A stretch of DNA of 64,000 nt from Chitinophagales bacterium (GTDB lineage Bacteria > Bacteroidota > Bacteroidia > Chitinophagales > Chitinophagaceae), in NCBI GenBank assembly GCA_038245055.1, contig JBBRSV010000009.1, positions 911 to 64,910 on the forward strand. The letters run 5' to 3'. Positions 1-10,723 of the stretch are shown here, piece after piece. The position numbers and the translations under genes are program-made. The notes under the pieces were generated by a model, which was not told where the DNA came from, did not search any database, and was given only the letters and a program-made list of their open reading frames with translations. Position 1 is the first letter of the stretch; each line of letters starts with the position of its first letter.

Positions 1-69
1 ATAAATAATCTTAACATCTTATAAAAATCCTTTTTATAATTTTGTGTCGTATATCAAACAAAATTTAAA

Positions 70-639
70 ATGAAAAAGATTTTATACTTGTCTTCAATAT
101 TGTTTTCATTATTGCTGACGAATTGTTCTCAATCGCAAAGTACAAAGCCTGCAAGTCAAACCAGCCAGGCAAAACAGGACACAAAATATCCTGAACCTGA
201 AAAGATTAACGAAGGAACCAAATTTCCGATGCAGTTATCTGAGAATGAGTGGAAACAAAAATTAACGCCTTCTCAATATTATATTTTAAGAGAGCAGGGC
301 ACCGAAAGGCCTTTTAGCGGTCAGCTAAATCATTTTTATAAAAAGGGAACCTATTATTCTGCAGCATCCCTGCAACCTGTTTTTAGCTCAGATACAAAAT
401 TTGATTCTGGTACTGGTTGGCCAAGTTTCTTCGCGCCAATTAATTCTTCAGCCGTAAAACTTGTTAAAGATGAAAGCGGTGGAATGGTGCGTTTGGAGGT
501 TGTGGATTCTAAAACCGGCTCTCACCTTGGTCATGTTTTTGATGATGGTCCTGCGCCTACGCATCAACGCTATTGCATGAATTCAGACGCTTTGATTTTT
601 GTTCCAGAAGGAGGCAAACCGCCGGTTGCTTCGAAATAA
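70..639 (+). CDS. msrB: Peptide-methionine (R)-S-oxide reductase MsrB with lipoprotein signal peptide
   Basis: Motifs [34 protein letters not shown]; N-terminal MKK-hydrophobic-LTNC lipobox. Confidence 0.92.
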   Translation: MKKILYLSSILFSLLLTNCSQSQSTKPASQTSQAKQDTKYPEPEKINEGTKFPMQLSENEWKQKLTPSQYYILREQGTERPFSGQLNHFYKKGTYYSAASLQPVFSSDTKFDSGTGWPSFFAPINSSAVKLVKDESGGMVRLEVVDSKTGSHLGHVFDDGPAPTHQRYCMNSDALIFVPEGGKPPVASK

Positions 640-655
640 ACACGGAAACAACTTT

Positions 656-1060
656 TTATTTTAACACCTGTAAGTGTGTTGTTGGTGTGGTAACCTTTTC
701 ATTTTTCAAATGATTTTTTACTACAAGAAAACCTATAAGAATAATTATAAGAATAAGAATAATTGCAAAGTAAAGCCACGGCAGATCTTTTAATTTTCTC
801 TTATCCTTTTTTATTTTCTTTTTTTGAAGCTGCTTCTTTAGGTTAAGGTTGAGCTGCGCTACAAAATTAGAAACCTCATTTTTATTTTTAAATTTCTCGA
901 GGCCTTCAACGCTGTCATTAAGCATTTCAGAATCAATCATCTTTTTTTCCAGTTCATGTTTTTCATCTTCGGATAATTTTCCGTTAACGTAATCCATCAA
1001 CTTTTGATTGTCGATTCCTTCGTCGTCATTCGATAATATGTTTAATAATTCATCACTCAT
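656..1060 (-). CDS. Putative membrane anti-sigma factor
   Basis: N-terminal LMDYVNGKLSEDEKHELEKKM anti-sigma-like segment, one TM helix, directly downstream of an ECF sigma gene. Confidence 0.65.
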   Translation of the reverse strand: MSDELLNILSNDDEGIDNQKLMDYVNGKLSEDEKHELEKKMIDSEMLNDSVEGLEKFKNKNEVSNFVAQLNLNLKKQLQKKKIKKDKRKLKDLPWLYFAIILILIIILIGFLVVKNHLKNEKVTTPTTHLQVLK

Positions 1061-1163
1061 TTTTTATTCTAAAATGTTGCTTTTTTTTCAGCATCGTTTA
1101 ATTGACCGATTCCAATATTTTTTACTTTTGTAAGTAAACCTTTTTATCAAAAGATAAACACCA

Positions 1164-1715
1164 TCAACTAATCATCAACTTCAAATTTCGTTTACCGTTT
1201 TGAATGTGACTCTTCACCTGCAACATGGTAAAGCCCGTTATATCCGCAACTTCTGAATAAGATTTTTTTTGCAGATAGAACAAACTTACACATTGTTGCT
1301 GCTCCGTATTTAGATTTTTTATTGCATTCATCATTTTATTCAGGAGTGCATCTTTTTCTTCCAACAATATTTTAAGGTCACTTTCATCCGCAACACTTGT
1401 TAAATTTTCATTCAACTCTTTTGTAAAATTGCCCTTATTTCTCAGCTTCATAAGGCAATGATTTTTTGCTATCATATAAAGCCAGCTCTTAAAATATTCA
1501 ACTTTGTATTTATGGAGTTCATTAATAACTTTTAAAAAAATCTGCTGAACACAATCTCTTGCGTCCTCCTCATTTTTTAGATATTTCATGCACACACCGA
1601 GGAGCAAAACTGTATATCGCGGAAGAAGAATTCCCAACCACTTGTTATCATGGTCAGTATAAAATTTTTGCAGCAAATCATAATCACTTATATCGTTGTA
1701 TTTTTGTGAATTCAA
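1164..1715 (-). CDS. ECF-type RNA polymerase sigma factor (sigma-70 family)
   Basis: Region 2 (DARDCVQQIF..FKSWLYMIAKNHC) and region 4 (SYSEVADITG..VKSHIQNGKRNLK); 183 aa. Confidence 0.9.
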   Translation of the reverse strand: MNSQKYNDISDYDLLQKFYTDHDNKWLGILLPRYTVLLLGVCMKYLKNEEDARDCVQQIFLKVINELHKYKVEYFKSWLYMIAKNHCLMKLRNKGNFTKELNENLTSVADESDLKILLEEKDALLNKMMNAIKNLNTEQQQCVSLFYLQKKSYSEVADITGFTMLQVKSHIQNGKRNLKLMIS

Positions 1716-1797
1716 GGCTGCTTTACATTATTGTAATGAGATGTAAACATAAATAATTTCCATAATTTACGCTGATAATAAACGCTTAATAATAAAT

Positions 1798-2568
1798 ATG
1801 CAATATACTGTTTGCTGTGTGCCCGTGAGTGCCGTAAGATCTGAACCTTCGCATAAATCTGAAATGGTGACCCAGCAGTTGTTCGGAGAAAGATCCGTTA
1901 TTTTAGAATTGGGTGCAGATAACTGGGCGAAGATTGCGCTTAAATATGATGACTATGAAGGTTGGTGCCAGCTCAGCCATCTTTCAGAAATTGATGAAGA
2001 TCAATATGAAAGTGTTGACAAGGCTATTACAACAGGTTGGGTAAATGAGATTGATTACAACGGACATTTGATGAACGTGCCGATGGGATCTGTGCTGTCT
2101 GCATTTAAAAATGGAAAGGCTTTCTGGAGAAAAAATTCGGTTCATTTTAAAGGTGAAGTGTGGGGCCCGGAAGACATAAAAATTACACCCAAATTAATAA
2201 AACAGATCGCCTACAAATTTCTTAATACTTCATATTTATGGGGTGGCAAATCTGTGTTCGGCATTGATTGCAGTGGCTTCACGCAAATGACTTATAAATT
2301 TTTAAATGTTCATTTGCCCAGGGACGCGTGGCAACAGGCCGAAAATGGAGAAGTGGTAAATTTTTTACAAGAAGCTCATTGCGGTGATCTCGCTTTTTTT
2401 GATAATGATGAAGGCAAAATAGTTCATGTTGGGTTGCTGCTCAATAGCGATGAAATCATACATGCTTCAGGGAAAGTACGCGTTGATAAAATCGATACCC
2501 AGGGAATTCTAAATCTTGAAACAAAACAGAGAACCCATAAGCTTCGGATAATAAAGAGATTTTTTTAA
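1798..2568 (+). CDS. SH3 + NlpC/P60 (C40) peptidase, YkfC/dipeptidyl-peptidase VI-like
   Basis: YLWGG..GIDCSG catalytic Cys, HVG and HAS His motifs; N-terminal SH3-like segment; no signal peptide. Confidence 0.9.
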   Translation: MQYTVCCVPVSAVRSEPSHKSEMVTQQLFGERSVILELGADNWAKIALKYDDYEGWCQLSHLSEIDEDQYESVDKAITTGWVNEIDYNGHLMNVPMGSVLSAFKNGKAFWRKNSVHFKGEVWGPEDIKITPKLIKQIAYKFLNTSYLWGGKSVFGIDCSGFTQMTYKFLNVHLPRDAWQQAENGEVVNFLQEAHCGDLAFFDNDEGKIVHVGLLLNSDEIIHASGKVRVDKIDTQGILNLETKQRTHKLRIIKRFF

Positions 2569-2635
2569 GAATTAGATTTCTTATAAATAAGTTGCTACAT
2601 TATATTTTTTAAATCAAAAAAGATCAAACAATATA

Positions 2636-5623
2636 TTGATGAAGAAAGGATTTTTTGGCGTTATTTTTCTCATTACATGTGTGAACGTTTTTTCACAGGA
2701 ATTATCTTATACTACTTGTAAAAACTGCTGGAACCCTGATTCTTTAGGGAATCAGAGGGTTGTTCTCAAGTTCGCCAGTTCCGGTAAATATGCAAAGGCA
2801 ATTATTCCCTGGAGACGGAGAGATAGAAATCCACAGGCAAAAAGAATTATTATTCAGGATGCGAAAACAAAGCAAAAGATAGTAAATATAAAAACAGGTA
2901 TCCTTAACCGTGAGTCAGGAGAAATATATTTTGAGCCGGTTTCAGGTGCAGGCATTTATTATGTATATTATATGCCTTACAAAAATGAAGGCAACTCCAA
3001 TTATCCAAAGGGAATTTATTTAACCCCGGATACAACGGCTTCGCAAGAATGGTTGAGTGGGTTAAATACTACTTCACCTTTGGCCGTAGTGAAAGAAATT
3101 CAATCTATTGATTCATTCAATACCTTCTATCCGATGGAAATTATTGCCACGAAGGCAGAAACGGAGCAATTGATCGAAAAAAGCAAATCTGCGTCTTATA
3201 TTATTTTTCCTGAAGATCGTGAGCACTCCATTAGAATGGTTAATGATCTTCCCCAGCGCTGGATTGCAAACGGCCCCAAAAACTATTTTAATTCCACTGC
3301 TTTAAAAGGAGAAAATTTTGCATTTCAATTGGGCATATATGCTTTGCAGAATCTTGAAAACGTGAAGATCAATTTTAGTGATCTTGCCACATCAAAGGGA
3401 GAGATAATCTCGTCAAAAAATATTTTTTGTATTAATACAGGCGGCATTGCCTACAACGGATCACTATTCAATAAGGAGTTAGATATTGATCAATACAAAG
3501 TGCAGCCGCTTTGGTGTGGAATTGATGTGCCTGTTGCTGCCCGCGCCGGAATATACGAGGGGAAAGCAATTATTTCGGTTGATGGAAAGTCAACGGTAGA
3601 AGTTCGAATATCCCTTACAGTTAGTAATCATGCTGAGAAGAATGGTGGCGTTAACGAGCCTTGGAAAATGACGCGGTTACGCTGGCTGAATTCTACGATG
3701 GCGCAAGAGAATACAGTAATAGCGCCTTATACGCCGTTAGTAATTAAAAAAGATACGATTAGCTTCCTAGGCAGAAAATTAGAAATTAATAATGATGGCT
3801 TTCCGAAACAGATACAAACATTCTTCAATCTGGAAATGACAGGTTATAAAGAGCAGTCAAATAATTTATTGACGGAGCCCATTCATTTTCATTTTACAAA
3901 TCTGTCAAATGGAAAAAATATGGTATTAAGAAGCGGCGGTGTTGAATTTATTAAAAGAGAACCTGGAACTGTTCAGTGGAAAGCAACGAGTAATAATGAT
4001 ACACTGGAAATGGAAGTATTTGCTTCGATGGAATTCGATGGATTTTTATCTTACCGGGTAAAACTAACCGCGTTGCGGGACATTAGCCTGAAGGATATTA
4101 CCATGCATATTCCTTTTGAAAAAAAAGAAGCGAAATATATGATGGGCCTCGGCCAAAAAGGCGGCAACCGGCCGGAAAATATTGATTGGAAATGGGACGT
4201 GGCACATAAAAACCAGGATGGAGCCTGGGTGGGAAATGTAAACGCCGGTCTTCAATATTCTTTGCGAGATGAAAGGTATGTGCGCCCGCTTAACACCAAC
4301 TTTTATTTGCAGAAACCTTTACTGTTACCACTTTCCTGGGGCAATGAAAATAGAGGCGGAATAACGATTGCCGAAAAAGGGAAATCAATACTTGCTAATA
4401 ATTATAGTGGTGAACGGAACATGAACAAAGGAGATGTGCTTTATTATAATTTTAATTTGCTCATTACACCGTTTCATCCTATCAAGACTGACTTTCAGTG
4501 GAATACCAGGTTTTTTCACGCGTATAAACCAATAGACACTATTAAGGCTACCGGGGCTACCATAATTAATATTCACCATGCCACGGCCATAAATCCCTAT
4601 ATCAATTATCCGTTTATAGAATGGAAAGCCATGAAAGCCTATATCGATTCAGCCCATGCTGCCGGTTTGAAAGTAAAAATTTACAACACGATTCGCGAGT
4701 TATCCGACCATGCTTATGAAATATTTGCCTTAAGAAGCCTCGGGCATGAAATCTATTCAGGCGGGAAGGGCAGGGGCTTCAGTTGGTTGCAGGAACACCT
4801 GGATAGTGATTATATACCTGCGTGGTTTGTTCCCGAATTGAAAGATGCTGCTATCATAAATAGTGGTGCAAACCGATGGCACAATTACTATGTTGAAGGC
4901 ATGAATTGGTTAACAAAAAATGTGGGCATCGATGGTATTTATCTGGATGATGTAGCATTTGATCGCGTTACCATGAAACGAATAAAACGCGTTCTAACAA
5001 ATGACGGCCATCCGGGAATTATTGATTTGCATTCTGCCAATCAATTCAATAAAAATGACGGATTTAATAACAGCGCTAATTTATATATGGAACACTTTCC
5101 CTATCTCAATCGTTTATGGTTTGGAGAATATTTTGATTATGAAAAAAATGATCCCGATTTTTTCCTTACAGAGGTAAGCGGTATTCCTTTTGGTTTGATG
5201 GGAGAGATGTTACAAGGTGGTGGTAATCCGTGGCGTGGAATGATTTATGGGATGACCAACAGGATGCCGTGGAGCGACAATGCTGACCCACGGCCCATTT
5301 GGAAGGTTTGGGACAACTTTGGAATGCAAGGCACAAAAATGATTGGATATTGGGTTGATGCAAACCCGGTAAAAACGGATAATGAAAAAGTTTTGGCAAC
5401 CATTTTTAAAAAGAAAGGGAAAGTGCTGATAGCAATTGCAAGTTGGGCTAACGAGGACGCCTACGTGCAATTAAAAATAGACTGGAAAAAATTAGGCATT
5501 GATCCTTCAAAAGCAACCATTACAGCTCCCGAAGTTAAAAATTTTCAATCCAAAAAATCTTTCAAAATCATTGAAAAAATCCCGGTAGAAAAAGGCAAAG
5601 GCTGGCTGCTGATTTTAAAATAA
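2636..5623 (+). CDS. Secreted DUF6067/GH123-like glycoside hydrolase domain protein
   Basis: 995 aa, signal peptide, TIM-barrel-like core with IDGIYLDDVAFDR and LWFGEYF; family recognised from memory of similar Bacteroidota proteins. Confidence 0.7.
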   Translation: MMKKGFFGVIFLITCVNVFSQELSYTTCKNCWNPDSLGNQRVVLKFASSGKYAKAIIPWRRRDRNPQAKRIIIQDAKTKQKIVNIKTGILNRESGEIYFEPVSGAGIYYVYYMPYKNEGNSNYPKGIYLTPDTTASQEWLSGLNTTSPLAVVKEIQSIDSFNTFYPMEIIATKAETEQLIEKSKSASYIIFPEDREHSIRMVNDLPQRWIANGPKNYFNSTALKGENFAFQLGIYALQNLENVKINFSDLATSKGEIISSKNIFCINTGGIAYNGSLFNKELDIDQYKVQPLWCGIDVPVAARAGIYEGKAIISVDGKSTVEVRISLTVSNHAEKNGGVNEPWKMTRLRWLNSTMAQENTVIAPYTPLVIKKDTISFLGRKLEINNDGFPKQIQTFFNLEMTGYKEQSNNLLTEPIHFHFTNLSNGKNMVLRSGGVEFIKREPGTVQWKATSNNDTLEMEVFASMEFDGFLSYRVKLTALRDISLKDITMHIPFEKKEAKYMMGLGQKGGNRPENIDWKWDVAHKNQDGAWVGNVNAGLQYSLRDERYVRPLNTNFYLQKPLLLPLSWGNENRGGITIAEKGKSILANNYSGERNMNKGDVLYYNFNLLITPFHPIKTDFQWNTRFFHAYKPIDTIKATGATIINIHHATAINPYINYPFIEWKAMKAYIDSAHAAGLKVKIYNTIRELSDHAYEIFALRSLGHEIYSGGKGRGFSWLQEHLDSDYIPAWFVPELKDAAIINSGANRWHNYYVEGMNWLTKNVGIDGIYLDDVAFDRVTMKRIKRVLTNDGHPGIIDLHSANQFNKNDGFNNSANLYMEHFPYLNRLWFGEYFDYEKNDPDFFLTEVSGIPFGLMGEMLQGGGNPWRGMIYGMTNRMPWSDNADPRPIWKVWDNFGMQGTKMIGYWVDANPVKTDNEKVLATIFKKKGKVLIAIASWANEDAYVQLKIDWKKLGIDPSKATITAPEVKNFQSKKSFKIIEKIPVEKGKGWLLILK

Positions 5624-5671
5624 CGAGAGATTCGACATTATAGAATAATCTTCAATTAGAATATAAAAAAC

Positions 5672-6385
5672 CTAGATAAAACTTACGCCTGCATGTTCAA
5701 GTTTTTTATATTTATCATAATCGAACCGGTAATAAAAGGCACCCTTTTTTGAAAATAATTTTTCTTTTTCCTGCAGCTTTACCAATATGTTAAGCGCTAA
5801 TATTTTTCTTGAAAAATTTCGCTTGTCAAAAGTTGTTTCATAAATAGCCTCATATAAATTTTGTAATTGCGGAAGCGTAAATTTCTCAGGTAATAGCTCA
5901 AACCCAATTGGATGGTTTGCAACCTTTTGGCGCAGCCTTTCCCTGGCTAAGGCGATCATTTTTTTATGATCAAAAATCATCGAAGGAATACTGCGCGTAT
6001 CAAACCATTTTGCATTATGCGCCATCATTAATGAGGGCGTATAATCATCAATTTTTATTAAAGCAAAGTAAGCAATGGATACCACCCTGCCGCCCGGGTC
6101 GCGGTTTACAGCCCCAAAACTATAAAGTTGTTCCAGGTAAATATTCTTAATGCCGGTGAGTATTTCCAAAACGCGAAAAGCAGCCTCTTCCACAGATTCA
6201 TTTTTTTTTACAAAGCCACCCATCAATGACCAGTTTCCCAGTTTGGGTTCCATAAGCCTTTTTATAAGTAGCGCTTTTAGGTCTTTTCCATCAAAGCCCA
6301 ATATTATGCAATCAACTGCTATGAGCATTTTATCATATGAGTCATACTCAAGAATATTATCGGTATCGTTTTTTGGCGATTGCAT
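5672..6385 (-). CDS. araR: NrtR-family (Nudix + winged HTH) transcriptional regulator, AraR-like
   Basis: AVDCIILGFD, degenerate Nudix box, RDPGGRVVSIAY, C-terminal FTLPQLQNLYE..DKRNF wHTH; last gene of the ara operon. Confidence 0.85.
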   Translation of the reverse strand: MQSPKNDTDNILEYDSYDKMLIAVDCIILGFDGKDLKALLIKRLMEPKLGNWSLMGGFVKKNESVEEAAFRVLEILTGIKNIYLEQLYSFGAVNRDPGGRVVSIAYFALIKIDDYTPSLMMAHNAKWFDTRSIPSMIFDHKKMIALARERLRQKVANHPIGFELLPEKFTLPQLQNLYEAIYETTFDKRNFSRKILALNILVKLQEKEKLFSKKGAFYYRFDYDKYKKLEHAGVSFI

Positions 6386-6427
6386 TTATTTTTTACTAAT
6401 TATACGGAAAAAAAAGTGTTTGATTGA

Positions 6428-8113
6428 CTACCAAAACTTAACATACAATGCTGATATTATTAAAAGGGTTAGAATAATTAAAAGTATTGTCTGAGGCTTC
6501 AATTTAAACATTGCCTTATCCAGTTCAAATGCCTTTGGATTTATTTTTGGCCCACCAAGACTTATGGCTATCATAATGATCATAGTAAACATAAATGATA
6601 AGCCCATACATATGTGGAACGGAATCTCATAACCGCCTTTCCCATTTGCATAAGCGGTGTACAAAAAGTTCTCATGACCCATTAACTGCGGTGCCAGTTC
6701 ATTGAAAAAGATAGAAAACAGGAAGCCAACAATTACACCGACAATCGCAGCCAGGCCTGTTGTTCTTTTCCAAAACATACCGAGGAAGAACATTGCGAAA
6801 ACACCAGGGCTAATGAAGCCTGTATATTTTTGAATGTAAGTAAATCCACCCACTCCGCCGATTCCGAGCAGATCGTTCCATGTAAAAAGAACAGCAAGGA
6901 TCATAGCAACAAAAACGGTGATGCGCCCAACGATTACCTGGCGCTTTTCATTAGCCTCTTTTCCAATATATTTTTTATGAATGTCTAACGTGTAAATTGT
7001 AGATATACTATTTACCTTGCCTGCCAATGAAGCAACAATCGCCGCCGTTAAAGCCGCAACAGATAAGCCTTTTAGCCCAGTTGGTAAAAAAGTAAGCACA
7101 GCAGAATAAGCCCCGTCTTTGCCGCCGACTAACTGTGGTAATAGTCCTTTAGAATATAAAACAAACGCGGCGATGCCGGGCAACATAACAATTACCGGCA
7201 TGAGTAATTTTAGTAACCCCGCAAATAATATTCCCGTGCGTGCAGTTTGTAAATCAGCGCCCAGCGCACGTTGCGTAATGTATTGATTGCATCCCCAATA
7301 ATTGAGATTAATGATCCATATACCGGCAAGGTACGAGGCCAGTCCGGGGAAAGTAAGGTATTTATCAACTTCGTTTTGAGAAGATGCTGCCGTGGGCCTT
7401 GGAATAATCATTTTAAAATGCTCGGGGGCATTTTGCACGAGTGCCTTAAAACCCGCAATAGCATTGCTTCCAACTCCAAACTTTTCTCCCACAACCGTCA
7501 ATGCAATATAAGTAGTAACTAAACCACCGATGATCAAAACCGCAACCTGGATTACATCAGTGTAACCGATAACTTTCATACCTCCCAGCGAAATTATCAG
7601 TGCAAAAATCGCAAGCCCAATCATTATTACATGGAGATATCCGCCACCGGTAATGCCATTTATAGCAACAGCGCCGAGATACAATATTGAAGTAAGATTT
7701 ACAAACACATAAAGGAATAACCAGAAGATCGCCATAATTAAAGCCACCGATTCATTATACCTCGTTTTTAAAAACTGGGGCATGGTATAAATATGATTTT
7801 TAAGATAAACCGGTATAAACCAAACAGCCACAATAATTAAAGCAATAGCTGCGATCCACTCATAAGCAGCTACAGCGATACCGAGAAAAAATCCCTCGCC
7901 GCTCATTCCAATAAATTGCTCTGCGGAAATATTTGAAGCAATCAATGAAGCGCCAATAGCCCACCAGGTAAGCGTTCCTTCAGCAAGAAAGAATGCTTTT
8001 GCATCATGCTCATTTCTTTTACGCTTATTATAAATGTAATAGCCATAGCTGGCCACAATAATAAAATAGATTATAAAAATCGCATAATCGGCAAATGCAA
8101 AATTCTTGTTCAT
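6428..8113 (-). CDS. Sodium:solute symporter family sugar transporter (probable arabinose uptake)
   Basis: SSS motifs WWAIGASLIASNISAEQFIGMSG, YWGCNQYITQRAL; many TM helices; ATG at 8113 preferred over TTG at 8119. Confidence 0.9.
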   Translation of the reverse strand: MNKNFAFADYAIFIIYFIIVASYGYYIYNKRKRNEHDAKAFFLAEGTLTWWAIGASLIASNISAEQFIGMSGEGFFLGIAVAAYEWIAAIALIIVAVWFIPVYLKNHIYTMPQFLKTRYNESVALIMAIFWLFLYVFVNLTSILYLGAVAINGITGGGYLHVIMIGLAIFALIISLGGMKVIGYTDVIQVAVLIIGGLVTTYIALTVVGEKFGVGSNAIAGFKALVQNAPEHFKMIIPRPTAASSQNEVDKYLTFPGLASYLAGIWIINLNYWGCNQYITQRALGADLQTARTGILFAGLLKLLMPVIVMLPGIAAFVLYSKGLLPQLVGGKDGAYSAVLTFLPTGLKGLSVAALTAAIVASLAGKVNSISTIYTLDIHKKYIGKEANEKRQVIVGRITVFVAMILAVLFTWNDLLGIGGVGGFTYIQKYTGFISPGVFAMFFLGMFWKRTTGLAAIVGVIVGFLFSIFFNELAPQLMGHENFLYTAYANGKGGYEIPFHICMGLSFMFTMIIMIAISLGGPKINPKAFELDKAMFKLKPQTILLIILTLLIISALYVKFW

Positions 8114-8279
8114 AAGCAATCGTAGTTTGAAATTTTATATATTGTTTTTAAGTCAGTTATATCTTTAACAAATATTCATCAAATATTTCAAAAAAAATAA
8201 AAATAAAAAGAATGATTTTTAGATTGACTGGTTCTATTTAAACCGCATTATTAAACTTAGTCTTATGAAAATTAATTTA

Positions 8280-9782
8280 TTATTTATTGTTCAATTGATA
8301 ATAAACATCATTCCACCTGATTTCATTTTTAAGTTCGCGCATCTTTGTTTCTTTACCTATCAGCACTATTTCAATGCCGGCCATGTCTGCAAAGTCTTCG
8401 AGATGTTCGGATGTAAGGTTCTGACTAAAACAAGTGTGATGTGCACCGCCGGCTAATATCCATGCTGCGCAACCTGTCGCCATATCCGGAAGAGGTTTCC
8501 ATAAAACTCTTGCAACAGGCAGTTTTGGAAGATCATGTTTTGGAGCAATAGCCTCCACCTCATTAACCAACAATCGAAAACGATTGCCCATATCAACAAT
8601 AGATGCATTTAGCGCCGCGCCGCCACTAACGTTAAAGACTAAACGAACAGGATCGCCCTTGCCTCCAATTCCCAGTGGATGAATTTCACAGGAAGGTTTG
8701 GCGTTAGCAATGGAAGGACAAATTTCCAGCATGTGTGAGCCCAATACCATTTGATTACCTGGTTCAAAATGATAAGTGTAATCTTCCATAAATGAATTTC
8801 CTCCATTTAAACCAGTTGCCATTACTTTCATCGCTCTAACGAGTGCAGCCGTTTTCCAATCGCCTTCCCCGGCAAAACCATACCCATCTGCCATCAAACG
8901 CTGGGCCGCTATTCCGGGTAACTGAGCCATGCCATGCAGGTCTTCAAACGTGTCTGTAAATCCTTTAAAATTTCCTTGCTCCAAAAAATTTCTTAATCCA
9001 ATTTCTATTGTTGCTGCTTCACGTAGAGAGCTATATTTATCACCACCTTTTTTCAAACTTTCCGTCAGAAGAAATTGCTCATCATAAACGGTGCATAATC
9101 TATCAATTTCACTTTCACTTACTTCATTATTCAACTTAACTAAATCACCAATACCATGTGTATTTACAGAATAACCAAACTTCATTTCTGCTTCTACTTT
9201 ATCTCCATCTGTTACAGCCACATACCGCATGTTATCACCAAAGCGAACAAATTTTGCCTGTTGCCAATCATTCCATCCCGCTGCGGCTCTGGACCAAACG
9301 CCCAAACTCTTCAACACAGATTTATCTTGCCAATGCCCGACTACAATCTTTCTCTTCATGCGCATCCGGCTCACCATAAATCCAAACTCACGATCTCCAT
9401 GCGCGCTTTGGTTCAGGTTCATAAAGTCCATATCAATGTCATTCCATGGGATGTCTCGGTTGAACTGCGTGTGCAAATGACACAATGGTTTCTGCAAAAT
9501 TTTTAATCCCCCAATCCACATTTTTGCCGGAGAAAAAGTATGCATCCACGCTATGACACCGATACAATTTTTATTAGTATTTGCCTCCAGGCACAACGAA
9601 TAAATTTCCTCGGGAGTTTTTACAGTGGGCTTATAAACTACGGTTACAGGAATTTGGCCCGCGTCATTAAATTCTTTTGAAATGATTTGGGAATGTTCGG
9701 CAACTTTTTTCAATGTTTCTTCTCCATACAAATGCTGGCTCCCTGTTGCAAACCAGACTTCCAATTTTTTAAGATCTTTCAT
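8280..9782 (-). CDS. araA: L-arabinose isomerase
   Basis: [52 protein letters not shown]; 500 aa. Confidence 0.97.
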   Translation of the reverse strand: MKDLKKLEVWFATGSQHLYGEETLKKVAEHSQIISKEFNDAGQIPVTVVYKPTVKTPEEIYSLCLEANTNKNCIGVIAWMHTFSPAKMWIGGLKILQKPLCHLHTQFNRDIPWNDIDMDFMNLNQSAHGDREFGFMVSRMRMKRKIVVGHWQDKSVLKSLGVWSRAAAGWNDWQQAKFVRFGDNMRYVAVTDGDKVEAEMKFGYSVNTHGIGDLVKLNNEVSESEIDRLCTVYDEQFLLTESLKKGGDKYSSLREAATIEIGLRNFLEQGNFKGFTDTFEDLHGMAQLPGIAAQRLMADGYGFAGEGDWKTAALVRAMKVMATGLNGGNSFMEDYTYHFEPGNQMVLGSHMLEICPSIANAKPSCEIHPLGIGGKGDPVRLVFNVSGGAALNASIVDMGNRFRLLVNEVEAIAPKHDLPKLPVARVLWKPLPDMATGCAAWILAGGAHHTCFSQNLTSEHLEDFADMAGIEIVLIGKETKMRELKNEIRWNDVYYQLNNK

Positions 9783-10015
9783 TGTTGTTATTTTAAAATT
9801 TATTCGAGGATGACAAAATCAACATTTACCTTTTCAGGCAACCAAAGAAATTCTATAATTGGGTAAGCGGCTTTGCTTGAAAAGCACAAAAAATGAAAAT
9901 AATATTCCTTCGATCTCTTATTTATGTTTTAAAAATTTTCTATTTAGATGGCTATAATTTTTTGATTCAATTCATCTATTAGAATGGTTCAGCAGCACGA
10001 AAATTATTAAAATAT

Positions 10016-10723
10016 TTATTGTCCATAATAACTATTGGAACCATGTTTTCGCTCAAAATGTTTTTTTATCAAAGCATCTTTTAATCGTGGCGCATCTGAA
10101 TTTATACTTTCGGTTAAATATGCCATTTGCGCGATGTTTTCCAGCACCGCACTGTTGTAAACTGCTTTGGCTGCTGTTTTCCCCCAGGTGAATGGTGCGT
10201 GATTTCCTACCAAAATCATTTCAGTTTCTTCATAGCTTAATTTCTTTTCTATAAAACAATTAATAATCTGGTGGCCGGTTTCATATTCATAATCGCCTTG
10301 TATCATATCATCTTTCATCGGTGGCGTGCAAGGAATGTCCACTGTATTATGATCGGCATGTGTTGTTCCGAAAATAGGGATATCTCTTTGCGCCTGCGCC
10401 CATGATGTCGCGAACATTGAATGTGTGTGAGAAATTCCACCAATGTTTTTCCATTGGCTATAAAGTACAGCATGTGTTTTAGTATCTGATGAAGGACGCA
10501 AATTTCCTTCAACAATCTTTGCGTCAAAATCAACAATTACCATTTGGGAAGGAGTCAACTCTTCGTAAGGAACACCGCTTGGCTTAATGGCAAAAACGCC
10601 TAAAGCCCTGTCTGCTGCGCTCACATTTCCAAAAGTAAAAAGCACTAAACCCAATTTGGGTAATTGCATGTTAGCTTCATAAGCTTCCTGCTGTATATGT
10701 TCGTATTTTTTTTGCGTGGGCAT
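10016..10723 (-). CDS. araD: L-ribulose-5-phosphate 4-epimerase
   Basis: FTFGNVS, IKPSGVPY, PSSDTKTH, HTHS, GTTHAD, NHAPFTWG, HFERKHG. Confidence 0.96.
   Translation of the reverse strand: MPTQKKYEHIQQEAYEANMQLPKLGLVLFTFGNVSAADRALGVFAIKPSGVPYEELTPSQMVIVDFDAKIVEGNLRPSSDTKTHAVLYSQWKNIGGISHTHSMFATSWAQAQRDIPIFGTTHADHNTVDIPCTPPMKDDMIQGDYEYETGHQIINCFIEKKLSYEETEMILVGNHAPFTWGKTAAKAVYNSAVLENIAQMAYLTESINSDAPRLKDALIKKHFERKHGSNSYYGQ

Noticed and set aside
6413-6433. Second AraR operator before araR (AAGTGT-ttgattg-ACTA)
   Set aside because: The right half-site is poor and overlaps the symporter stop codon
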